DNA of 64,000 nucleotides from Oopsacas minuta (lineage: Eukaryota > Animalia > Porifera), in NCBI GenBank assembly GCA_024704765.1, contig JAKMXF010000077.1, positions 635,220-699,219 of the forward strand, given 5' to 3'. The position numbers and the translations under genes were made by a program. The notes beneath the pieces were generated by a model that ran no database searches, was not told where the DNA came from, and saw only the letters and a list, made by a program, of their open reading frames with translations. Below are positions 53,581-64,000 of the stretch, one piece after another; position 1 is the stretch's first letter; every line of letters starts with the position of its first letter.

Positions 53581-54403
53581 ATTATATAGGTACGGAAGTC
53601 CGAAGCGCTATGTTAGGCATTGGTTCATGCAGAAGCAAACAACACTTTGATATTCTATTGATTTGGGGTTGGAAAGTATCTCCAAGTCATGCATGGTTGG
53701 AATCTAATACAGCTTCAGGACATCGCATTGTCCAAACTGTCAAAGGGCCTGTTACAACATTCAACACTGTCTAAAATCTGGGACAGTGAAAACGTATAAT
53801 GGACCAACTGACAGCAACCTTTCCAAATCTGAGATCTTCCTTCAAAATGCGTTAAGTATTTCCTGTTGAGACCTCTGTATATCTACATTCGAATTATAAC
53901 AAGTAGCCAATTTTAGGTCGCCAGTCCGAAGCTCATATTCTATGTTGTCTCATCCTCCCCAAATACCTGAGCCCATCTACTAATTGTGGAATAAGAGCTG
54001 TGTCTCCACAAACTTGAACATGATCTTTGTGAATGTTCGTGCTGGAGATTCAAACGATACGAAGCTTGATGCAAGTTATTTGCTCTTGTTCAATGATTGA
54101 TAATATTGAAACTATGAATGTTTAAGTAGCAAAACAGAATAGTAAACGATATGATAATATCAAAAACTATTTATGCTGATTAATATCAGGTTAGCAAGAA
54201 ATACTGTTTAATGATATTAGATTTGAACAAATGGGTGAATATTATTCATATTACTTGTAAAATATTCACAATGATCAGTGAGAAACAAATTACCAATATA
54301 ATAAATCTTAATTTGATCTCTGAAATTATAGTTATGGAAATTACAACGTTAGTACAGAACCAGGGAAACTTTAAAGGAAACTTCTAAGATTATAATAACT
54401 TAC

Positions 54404-54495
54404 TTGATAGCAATTAAAGGATGGCACATTAAATCTATCAATATAAATTAGTAGTAGAGAAGAGAACGGTGTTAAAGAATATTTAACTAAATATC
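54404..54495 (-). CDS. Host gene exon: probable N-terminal part of the second FN3 domain
   Basis: Acceptor gtttatttag and strong donor GTAAGT. 92 nt, open, phase 1 to 0, exactly bridging the phase-1 end of the 58460 exon and the phase-0 start of the 24697 exon. Peptide GYLVKYSLTPFSSLLLIYIDRFNVPSFNCYQ. Confidence 0.7.
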
Positions 54496-55431
54496 CTAAA
54501 TAAACGGATAGTCCTAGATGAATTCAAAGTGAATCTTCGTGTAACACATAAACGGACATAAATTGAAGCAAAGTTCTCATCGGGAATTGACCAATATTAA
54601 GTCAAGAAGTCAAATCTTTAATGGACTTGTTCCTAAATGATCGCCACTTATTTGTTGTTGATGCTTAAACAAAATATTGTCAGTGAAACTTCCATCCATC
54701 AAAAACCTTGAAGCCTTGATCTGTCAAAAATCAGTGGTAGTCAATATTACTCCAAAGTTGTGGGTTCATCCGAAAATTCTTACTTATAAGTTGAATGACA
54801 GTTACTATTGATCAGTTTGCAATCTTTTCGCCTCTTAAAGCCATTAAATCTATCGAAACACAACTGGCGAATAGAAAGGAATGTAGGATATTGGCAATGC
54901 ATGATAAACTCAGTGAGATAGGGCATTTACAATCTGCCCTATCTCAATGGGGAAATTCTCATTTAGGGATACTTTCTCAAAATCTTAAAAATCTTGACTA
55001 AACCCATTCCAATATTTTATAATTCTTTCAGACAGATAACAATCACGTAGCCAAAAGGCTTTAAATAACTAGGTGTTGACCTCTGGAAATGTATAAAATC
55101 GAAGTCATTTATATAGAAATGGAAAGAGTTGATAAAAATTTGATAATGAAGAGTACACATCAATTAAAATGTAAAATGGGGCAGCGATTACCAAACGCTA
55201 ATGAAATATAAAACTTCAGTTGAATTCATAACTGATTGATGTGACCTGAAAAATTAGAGATGAAAGGAATGCGCAGCATTTCTAACAAGGTTGAGAAACA
55301 CTGAAATTGGGTTAATATTTATGGATCAACAATGATTATCTATGTGATCGAAAAACCTTTGTATGAGATGGATATATTTCAGAAATGAGGTTATGTTACT
55401 AGCGAAAAAGAATTTATTTGCATATCTAAAT

Positions 55432-56079
55432 CAGTGGTCGGCAAACTTTAATGGTAGAGGGCCGCATTCACTATAGGAAAAATTCACAGGGCTGCAATTC
55501 TCAAAATGTATCCTATCCTTGGTAAGCAATTTAAACGAAAAATAGGATAAGCTGAATCCAATTTTGAACTATACAAAATTACGAATCTGAATATTGGATG
55601 AGATTAGTTTTCAACATTTTACAGGGGTAAGAGAGTACATCGAATACGAAGCTCAAGGATCTCATTAATAAACTTATTGTTGATATGATGAATAAAAAGT
55701 AAAAGTAATTGAAATTTTAATAATCGAGGAGACTTGCGGTCAACGATTATAGATTGGTCTTGAATTGCTTCACACATTTAATAGTTTTAGGTGCAAATTT
55801 AATGAATCGATTTTGTTATACTATAGGTAATTCAAGGCACAAAGTGCCGAGCCCGTGCGAGGATAAAGAGTTCATGTTCGTAGGCCCACGTAGCGGAAGC
55901 AACTCAAACATGCTTAATTATAATATAGATTATATCACAGAATAGACAAAATTGTCTAAACAAGGATATTTTTGTGGGAAACAAAGTTAATAATTAGTTA
56001 TTACAGCGAGGATAGAAAGTTTATTTGAGCAGATTGTGAAGCTTGTCCGTTTAAGGGGAGCGCACTTTTCCGACCCCTG
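55432..56079. mobile_element. Charlie/Buster-type hAT MITE
   Basis: Ends CAGTGGTCGGCAAAC and revcomp CAGGGGTCGGAAAAG. Flanks ATCTAAAT / ATCTGGAT match 6 of 8 and are close to the Charlie NTCTAGAN target. Confidence 0.65.
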
Positions 56080-56469
56080 ATCTGGATATTCAATCCCAAC
56101 ATATCTCAATAAAGCACTGCAACGTAGAAACAAATATTGGGAATTTAGAGTTGTGCCTGAATTTAGAAGTTATAAACATATTCAAATCATTTATTAGCTA
56201 ATATGTAATATTATTGGATTTTAGTGATCTATACAAGAAAACATAATCTGTATATATGTATATGTACGATATAAATATATTTGTATGCCCAGAATTGATC
56301 GAAAAAACTGAAGACACAGGCTGACATTTGACATATATAGATATTTGGGACTGGAACGGACAAGTTCATGTCCTGGACGTAATTAAGACATATTTGTCAC
56401 CTATTTGGATTTTCGAAAAACCCACTGTTTTAACCACTGCTCAGTCAATATACATGATAGAAGATTGAA

Positions 56470-58100
56470 AATAGAATCACAGGTACCCTCGATGTGACAA
56501 ATGCCCTGACGTCATGATTCTACAAAAAGCTAACTTATCATGGAGTTATTACGTTATCATAACTGTATGAAAATATCAAAATTTTCCAGATTACGAAAAT
56601 TTCCAAATTTCTTAATAAGCCGAGGCACTAAGTGCCGAGATTACTAACCAAAGCGAGATAGCATCTTCAGCGTTACCACAGAAGGCCATCCAATCAAATT
56701 TGGATGGACAATGGATAATGTATTTCGAAATATTCTCATGATAGAATATTCGTGCCAAATGGATTTCATGTATAACGGAATTCTTCATTAACTAAGATGT
56801 TGCATTTACAGAAACTGATTTCAATAACTGGGCACCTTGTGAACATTTTGAAAGGAATGAAAAGACTGATCCTTACAAAATATCGATGGTGGCATGGGAA
56901 AACAGGAAGAAATCCAAGAAAATCTGGTGGAATTACCAACTTCCTAATCAGAAATCATTCGAAACTTGTAGAGAAAAATGGACATTATGTAGAATGTATT
57001 GCTAGTATTGTACAACTCTTAGCACGTCAAGGTCTTGCATTTAGGGGACAACATGAAAATGAACAATCTTTAATCAAATAGGATGTTTTTCTAGAAATAA
57101 TTGAACTCATATAAATAATGACACAGTAGATAATAACAAGATACATGGACCAAAAATGTTGTTTACACTCATAAGGATTATCATTATGAGCTCATTGATA
57201 TTACTGCAAAAATTAATAGAAACGACATCTCACTCAAAATTATGTAGGATCTATGGGAAGATTTTCATTGCAAGTAGATGAGATGAAAGATTTACAGAAA
57301 CTGGAACAAATCCCATCGTGGTTAATTATGCTCAAGATGCTGATCCTACTGATGAATTACTAGAATTTGACATTGAAACTTATGGGGCGACAGCTGATGG
57401 GATCATCAAAGTGGTCCACGAACTTTGAGGAAAGCTTTGGTGTGTATTGGTTAAACATATGATGGTGCATCAGTCATGAAGTGCAGCATAATGGAGACTG
57501 GAGAAAGATCAAAGACAGTGCTGCGACGCGTGTTATACACATTGTTTCAATCACAACTTAAATTTGGTGTTGGTGGACTCTGCCAGACAGCTCAATTTTG
57601 CTGATGACACTATTGAAACTTTGTCCTCAATTTAGAATTTCTTCTCTTGTTCAGGTGTACATGATGAATCCCTCAAGCAGCAGAAACTGTTGAGGATATA
57701 TACACAAAAGAATTCATTCACGTTGAGGCGGACTGCCGAAACTCGCTGGGTGTCTCACTATGAATCTTGCTTATCTATATTGAAAACCTATATGCCATAT
57801 TTGAATTGCCAATGATATTAAACATGGGTTGGGTACTCAAAAATAATTTGCGAAAGTTTCATAAAGGTAAAGATATGAGAATATTCGATTTTAAGTCATT
57901 TTTAGATCATCAAGAACTACAACATTTTTCCTAGCATTGGTTTGTGCGCAAGTCTTGTAGGGCAGGTAGCGGAAGAGCATTCAGTTGTGTGAAGAGGATA
58001 AAAGCTACATGCGTACAAACATGTCACATGAAAGACTTGGGTATTTGGCTGCCATGGCAGTTGGAGCATATTTCCACTTAAGCGCCCATTTTTACCAATT
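56470..58100 (+). mobile_element. Decayed hAT of the ZMYM1/DUF4371-like type
   Basis: Motifs LLARQGLAFRG..E, SLQVDE.KD, YDGASVM, HCFNHNLNLVL, ETRWVSHYES and the C-terminal RAFSCVKRIK(SYMRT.MS.ERL). Limits are approximate. Confidence 0.75.
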
Positions 58101-58459
58101 ATGCTCTAGATTTATGAAATGAATAACTTTTTGAAGAAACACAAAAAATTTTGAATTGCTGTTATAGGATAAAGAATTTAAAAGTACAATAATTACAAGA
58201 ATAGAACAAATATATATGTATGTAAGAAACCTTTGAGCTAAGGTGTGAAAACTCTATTTTGGAATGAATATCAAGGATAACAAACATATGAAAACAATAT
58301 GTCTGTTTGTAAGAATATATACACGAAATGATTATATGTTCTACAAATCCATTGCAGTCCCTGTTATCGATTCATAAATTAAGTGAGAATGGATAATTGC
58401 GCATAAAATTCTCCTGGATTAATACTAATGTAAACATGTAATAAAATAAATTTATTCAC

Positions 58460-58753
58460 CTGAAGGTAAAGTTCTAACAGATAATGAGGGAGAAAACATG
58501 GCAATCCCAAAAGAATTGACGGCAGAAATTGAGATTTCGTATAATGTAGAAGGGCACAGAGATACTAAGTTATAAGAAAATCCTTTAATATTGTGAACAT
58601 ACGAAATATGAGAGGAATTAAATTTGTGATAAGAAACGACAAATCCAGCCAAAAATCTGTGATTAGATTGGAGATTCAAATCGCTCCATCTGAGGGAAAT
58701 ATACAAAGATCCAATGTCCTCAACATCAAAGCCATGCGGGTAGAACAAGGGTA
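58460..58753 (-). CDS. Host gene exon: complete fibronectin type III domain
   Basis: Acceptor attttctttag and donor CAG|gtgaat. 294 nt, phase 1-1. Motifs ISLRW, GFVVSY and LCPSTLYEISISAVNSFG..SPSLSVRTLPS. Confidence 0.92.
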
Positions 58754-61084
58754 CTAAAGAAAATACTTACAATAAACACAAATAATATACATTATATATT
58801 ACTTGCATGAATAAAGTAATAAGACACAGCAAATTTAATACGAATAGTACTACTCTCGCGTATTCGAGGGGACAAAACCTTATAACTGTAAAATTTAGAA
58901 TATATCCCATTGCAAATTTACATTCTGTGTATTTACAAACCCCAGTATACAGACTTTCTACCTAAATATTGATGGGTAATGGTGAATATTTCAAACTCAT
59001 GACATATTGTGTCAATTTATGCCATTTACAACAATGATAGGTTTCACTAAGTCACACTGGGTCCGAAATTTCCAAACTTATTAGTGAGTATATCATATAA
59101 ATCTTAGCAAATGTGTTATCAGAATCTATATTGGGAAAATGATACCAGAAATACACCCAATCATTATGTTATATTGTATTGACTATCAATAATAGGGCCA
59201 CTATAGTAGTATTTGTAAGGGGAATTCTCAATTTGGCTGAATACCTTCGTCTGGGCAGGGCATGTTCAATCCCGATGCCCAAACTACATCCCGTTCGCAA
59301 CTGGAAATTAAGATAAGTAACCGGACGTCCCGATGCATACTAGTAAGTTTAAAGTTTCAACCATACATTATTTACAAGATTATATATCCAAGCGTAGGAC
59401 CACATCATTTCAAAAAGCGGTAACGTAGACTTAACTAGCCACGTGGAGCCGAATCAATTAACGCATCTGTGTTTTGATGGATCGAAACCCCTGATCTCAT
59501 CAGATAAGGATCTCGATCAGGATCATATGATGTCGGGTAGAAAGTTCCTAATACACTTACATAAGAAGGATAAATACCTATGTTTCGTAAACAAATCTTT
59601 TTGCAATTTAAAACGATGGATCAACAGCAATGTTGAGATCTTGTTCAAGATTCCATACCCGAGTTAAGGCACAAGACATAAAATTGAGATCTGATGTGGC
59701 TCATATCGTTACATTATGTGACACTTAGACATGACATTGCTTCATCAATAACCTCCTCTCCTCTACTACCTGATATAAAGTCTGAATTATTAAATAGTCC
59801 ATCAGCTACATTTAAAAAATGAACTGTATATGCGGCTCTTGAGAGAGTTATGGAAAGACTATGATTAAAACTTTTACGGATAGTAAGCTCAAGATAAGTT
59901 CGCTGAAATGTCTCTTATTCGTTCTTGGCGTAGGAGAATTAAGTTATACCCGGATAAAATGAAGCCTCTTTCTTCCATCAACAATGGATGTACCAGAAGA
60001 ACAGCTCTTGGAGATTTGTTTGTTCATTAATATAACCTTAATGTCAGAAGAAAATCATTAAGCTACATTGAACCATTAATAATGCGTGTCCAGATCAAAA
60101 TTCAGACTATTTTAGAATATCTCTGGACGGTTAAGGCAGATCAATAGAGCGATAAGGATTATATACACATACAGATTAATATCAAATTTTAACAATTCTC
60201 ATGGATAACAAGTATAAGACGTTTAAGCACATACTGCAAGTAAGGTCCTAAATGGTCTGATTCAAAAGATCCCAAATTTTGTAAGGCTTATTTCAAGTTT
60301 TTAAGGATAGATATAATGTTTAATCCAAAACCACACATTCCCTATTGGTTTGAGATCTGGGCTGCAAGAAGGCCATTCCATCCGCACTCTCTGATTTTTC
60401 CTAAAATCTTGGCAACCTTTAATATTTGCTTGATATCATTGTATTACAGGGAGATCCAACTGTCAGGATACTGGATCTCTAGCTAGTGTAAACAAATACC
60501 CGTTTAGAATGCTTGTATACATTTTCTCTGGTAGGTTTTCCAAAAATACTATCAACGAACACGTACCTCATGGTAAAAATGCACCACAAACATGTAATTT
60601 CGGGCTCTGTTTAATTCTTAGTTTGACTGCTTCTAGAACAACTTTACACCATAGCCATGTTTTGCAACCAGCCAGCATACCGACATTTAGTCACAGAAAA
60701 AACATTTTCTTAGTCCAGGAGATCTTCTATTGTCTTTGGTGATCTGTTAGCATGGGGAAATATTTTGCAGGCCTGTGACTGTACCATCTTCTCGGGAATT
60801 CCTTCCTTAATGCTCGTGAGAGTGTGTGTTTCTGCGATGTTGATTGAATCTGCCAGCAAGTTTTCTTATTAAAATCTTACGATTCTGATTTGCTAAACTT
60901 CCGAGACATAGACCATCATTCCGTAGTAAATACACTATTTTCCACTACCCAATAGCCCTTAAATGTTATCCAATGCAAATCAATCATTGACAGTTGGTTT
61001 TATGGGTAGAAAAAAAATGGAATCCAGATTGAAGATATATTTGGAATACATTGAGTGGAATAGATTGGGATTATCCTCAGTTAC

Positions 61085-61604
61085 CAGGGTGGGCCAAAGA
61101 AAACGGGCCCGCATACACATTCCAGGCCAACTTGAAACTATTAGTCAAACAAAGCAATATTATTTTATCTATTCTTTGTCAACATATGTTAGATAATCCA
61201 AAGACGAAGTAATAGAGTATTCAGTAGAAGTCTTAGCGAGCTCAGAGAATTTTTGAAAGGCCGTCCTACAAGGAAATTACAGAAAACTTTTGCTTATACT
61301 CGATGTCAAATAAGCGCCCTGGAAATCGAGAATTCAGAGTTGGATTAAGAAATTTCAGACTGAGAGAAATGTCAAAAACTTAAATAGTAGCTCCGAAGAC
61401 TGTCCAAGTGATTCCGGGAGATTAGTTTTGAAGAATGTAATGGGAATTTTGCTCTAAATATCCAAAATGGAAAGACTTTAATGGTGCTCATCTCGAACAT
61501 AAGCTCTAATCCTCTTAGACTTTAAACCTACGATAATAATAGCTTGTTTCGTATTGTACGCCATTTTAGCTCTATAACTATAAGATTTTGTTTAGCCCAC
61601 CCTG
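61085..61604 (+). mobile_element. Internally deleted Tc1/mariner derivative
   Basis: TIR CAGGGTGGGCCAAAGAAAA vs revcomp CAGGGTGGGCTAAACAAAA, with TA at 61605-06. A residual HTH-like 5' coding piece is joined to a ...NGAHLEHKL* tail. Confidence 0.65.
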
Positions 61605-62077
61605 TACATGTGGTGGTCTCAATTTCATCTTAACAGGCTGTATATCAGTGCTAAGTCGAATATTAGAGTATGCCCCAGCTCCCATCCTCATTCCTCTAGG
61701 AATAAATGAGCTCGATTATCAGAAGTGTTGATTATCCAAATAATTGATTATTGGAACACTTTTGATGGGTCCTAAAGAGTTGGAATAATCTAGGTTGGTC
61801 TGTAACACGATATCAATGATATTAAGAAGGTCCACATAGCTTGCCGGTTTTGTCCAGAATAGGTTAAATGAATACAAGTTTTAGGCTTCTATTAGAAAAT
61901 TTGATAAATGATAAAACTACATCTGATAATCTGGCAAATCGAACCTGTAACAGATTTGAAAGCGGGAATTTGGAAATATAATCTAGCAAGGAATGTATTA
62001 ATAGAATACTAAACGTCATGCAAAGTGAAGATAAATTTGAATTGATAAGAAAGAAAAACGGTTATAATTAACCAAAC

Positions 62078-62377
62078 CTGATTTTTGATGAAACAAGGTC
62101 AGGGAAAGATCTGGAACTATTCCATATTGATTTCTACAAGAATATTTTGCAGTATCAGATGTTGAAAATTCGGTAAATAGAATATGAATAGAAAATAAGG
62201 AGTGGTTTCGAGAAAATGTGAAATTTTTCAAAGGATATGATTCAAAAAAAAATTCAGTAAAATTCTCCACAGATCCGATCAAACAACTGAGTGTGAATTT
62301 TGAGGATGTGACAATCAAATAGTCATCATTGAAAAATGTTGCAGTAACATTCTGAGATTCATATAGAAGGAACAATC
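62078..62377 (-). CDS. Host gene exon: immunoglobulin-like domain
   Basis: Acceptor tattttag and donor CAG|gtttg. 300 nt, phase 1-1. Paired Cys in FTLSC and DTAKYSC (Ig D-x-A-x-Y-x-C motif). Confidence 0.9.
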
Positions 62378-62603
62378 CTAAAATATATATATATATATAT
62401 AATTACACAAAGTCTAAATGGAAAATCTACGAAGAAATTTACAACAATAACAGAAAATTGTGCTATTGCATTAATAGGCTAGTTATACTGTGGAGTATTC
62501 TGAAGTGAATACATAATGTGATTACAAAAAGAGCAAGATATCCAGAAATAAAAGTTATGAATGAAAATTGCTTAAATTGGATACGGCTACAGTATAGATA
62601 CAG

Positions 62604-64000
62604 CATAGTGGGCTATTATTGCGAATTACTAGTATCAGGGTTTTACGCGTTCAATTTTAGAGATAGGCTTATAAAATACATTATTACTGTATAGTAAGTC
62701 GACTATTGAGGTTCTTTTGTTGATTTCAATTTTGTTGTATCACATCAGATCTTAAATATATGACGTGATCTTAATTACCATATACAGTAATACAGAAATC
62801 TAGATATACACTAAACTGAGATTTATTAAAAGAACTAGAATATGAATATATTATGGCTATGGTAACTGAAGAATAACTAACATACGATATCTTACTGATG
62901 AATTAATGTTAAATGCAAGAAGAATTCATCTATGGAATTTTGAAGGAGAAAATCTTCATTATCAATAATATTTGTAACGTTTTCACCTTGCCTGTTTTTT
63001 ACACAATTCTTTTGATGGCCTACTTGACCACAGGTGAAACAAATGATGATCCTTCTGAATTTTCATTCAGAATTGGAAAACCATAGATGTTAGCCCCATT
63101 GCAACATCACTTAACCCACTTAGAAAATCTGATTTCCAGCTCAAATGTGTTGAAAACACTCGGATCAACTTATGTCCTTGTTCTAACCCTTCTTCAGAAA
63201 GACTACACACTCCTACCCTGTCATTTCTCTCAATAAACTGATGAGCATGAGCCAAGAAATTGTAGAGTGTATTGCTAATAGATACCCAGGGAAAAGTTTG
63301 TAAGATTAGATGTAGGTTTCTTGACTTAACACACGAAATCTGTCTTCATCGACAACTTCATTACAATTAGCAACTCTGAGTAATGCAGATAGATTCCTGT
63401 GAATCTCTGTCAGAGCATCTTTATAAACACTTGGTACAAACGATAAAGCGAACCTAAAAACACGGTTTTTTATATGGAAAAAATGTTCTTGCCATGTTAC
63501 CAGTGCTTGTGTTCCCACTTCCTCCTAGTTGGTCGAATAATAAGTTCGTAAGCTCATGGATACGCTTGCATACTAAACCTCGAGAATCTCGTACCATTTG
63601 ATCTTCAGTGCAATTGGACTTTCCTGCTGCAATTCGGTAGATGAGGTTCAAAAACCCAACTAAAATCCTTAGGTAAGAATGTTAAGGTGCTGCAGGAAAT
63701 ACATCAATGCTACTTGCAGGTTCGTGTATAATCCTACACCGTTGCTTTGTATTGTAGCTCATCAGCTCTTTTCTACCAGATATTAACTGACGGATTGTCT
63801 CTTTGATAAGGAAACGCGCAAACAACTTTCGTAATACTATTTATATCACTTCGGGTTGCTTTGCAGGCAATACACGGCGCTCCTCCTTTACCTGTCATTG
63901 TTGCTAAGGTTTTTCCGTCAAACATTGAAGCTATGACTTCTACTTTAACATGGCCATTTAGGCGATCAAAACAATTCTCATTTAGTGAAATAATTTCAGG
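62604..64000 (-). mobile_element. Second Transib/RAG1-like element (runs off the right edge of the window)
   Basis: Minus strand carries SMFDGKTLATMTGKGGAPCIAC, NTSTGNMARTFF, FPWVSISNTLYNFLAHAH, LSEEGLEQGHK, HLWFSNS and CFTCGQVGHQKNC. The candidate terminus CATAGTGGGCTATTATTGCGAATTAC at 62604 resembles the 39707 TIR. Confidence 0.85.

Noticed and set aside
54914-54946. 12-bp stem hairpin TGAGATAGGGCA...TGCCCTATCTCA
   Set aside because: Isolated. No CTRR end or other context supports a Helitron terminus or an RNA gene.
39262-55303. Pairing the Buster left TIR with GTTGAGAAACACTG at about 55290-55303
   Set aside because: Flanking 8-mers (TTGATTAG vs AAATTGGG) do not match, and a host exon lies between them.
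58300-58425. FN3-like string PFSLNL*IDNRDCNGFVEHIII just after the 58460 exon
   Set aside because: It has an in-frame TGA and would need a 35-nt intron. The 54404-54495 exon fits the phases better.
1-64000. Orientation bias of transposons relative to the host gene
   Set aside because: Roughly equal numbers lie on each strand.
1-64000. Most remaining 60-110 aa ORFs in the track
   Set aside because: They are antisense or off-frame to transposases, or low-complexity AT-rich frames with no motifs or splice support.

Overview
AT-rich eukaryotic (animal) genomic DNA. There are no prokaryotic features, rRNA/tRNA or CRISPR. One host gene runs on the minus strand through most of the window and encodes a cell-surface Ig + fibronectin type III protein. 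It has four well-supported GT-AG exons (62078-62377, 58460-58753, 54404-54495, 24502-24697) and one tentative exon (4809-4911). Its introns are filled with transposons: Tc1/mariner (DD34D, DD37D, DD37E), hAT (BED-type, Buster/Charlie, ZMYM-like, CGGBP1-like, MITEs), a Chapaev3-like element, a Helitron fragment, and Gypsy and CR1-like remnants, often nested. The standout is a complete-ended Transib/RAG1-like transposon at 39707-43094. It has perfect CACAGTG (RSS heptamer) termini, a 5-bp AAGTG target-site duplication and DDE plus Zn-ligand motifs. It also has a segment resembling the RAG1 nonamer-binding domain and a C-terminal Cx2Cx3GHxnC motif, with no room for a RAG2-like gene. Two further, divergent Transib/RAG1-like elements lie at 32640-34731 and 62604-64000. 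All family assignments come from motifs read by eye; no database search was run.
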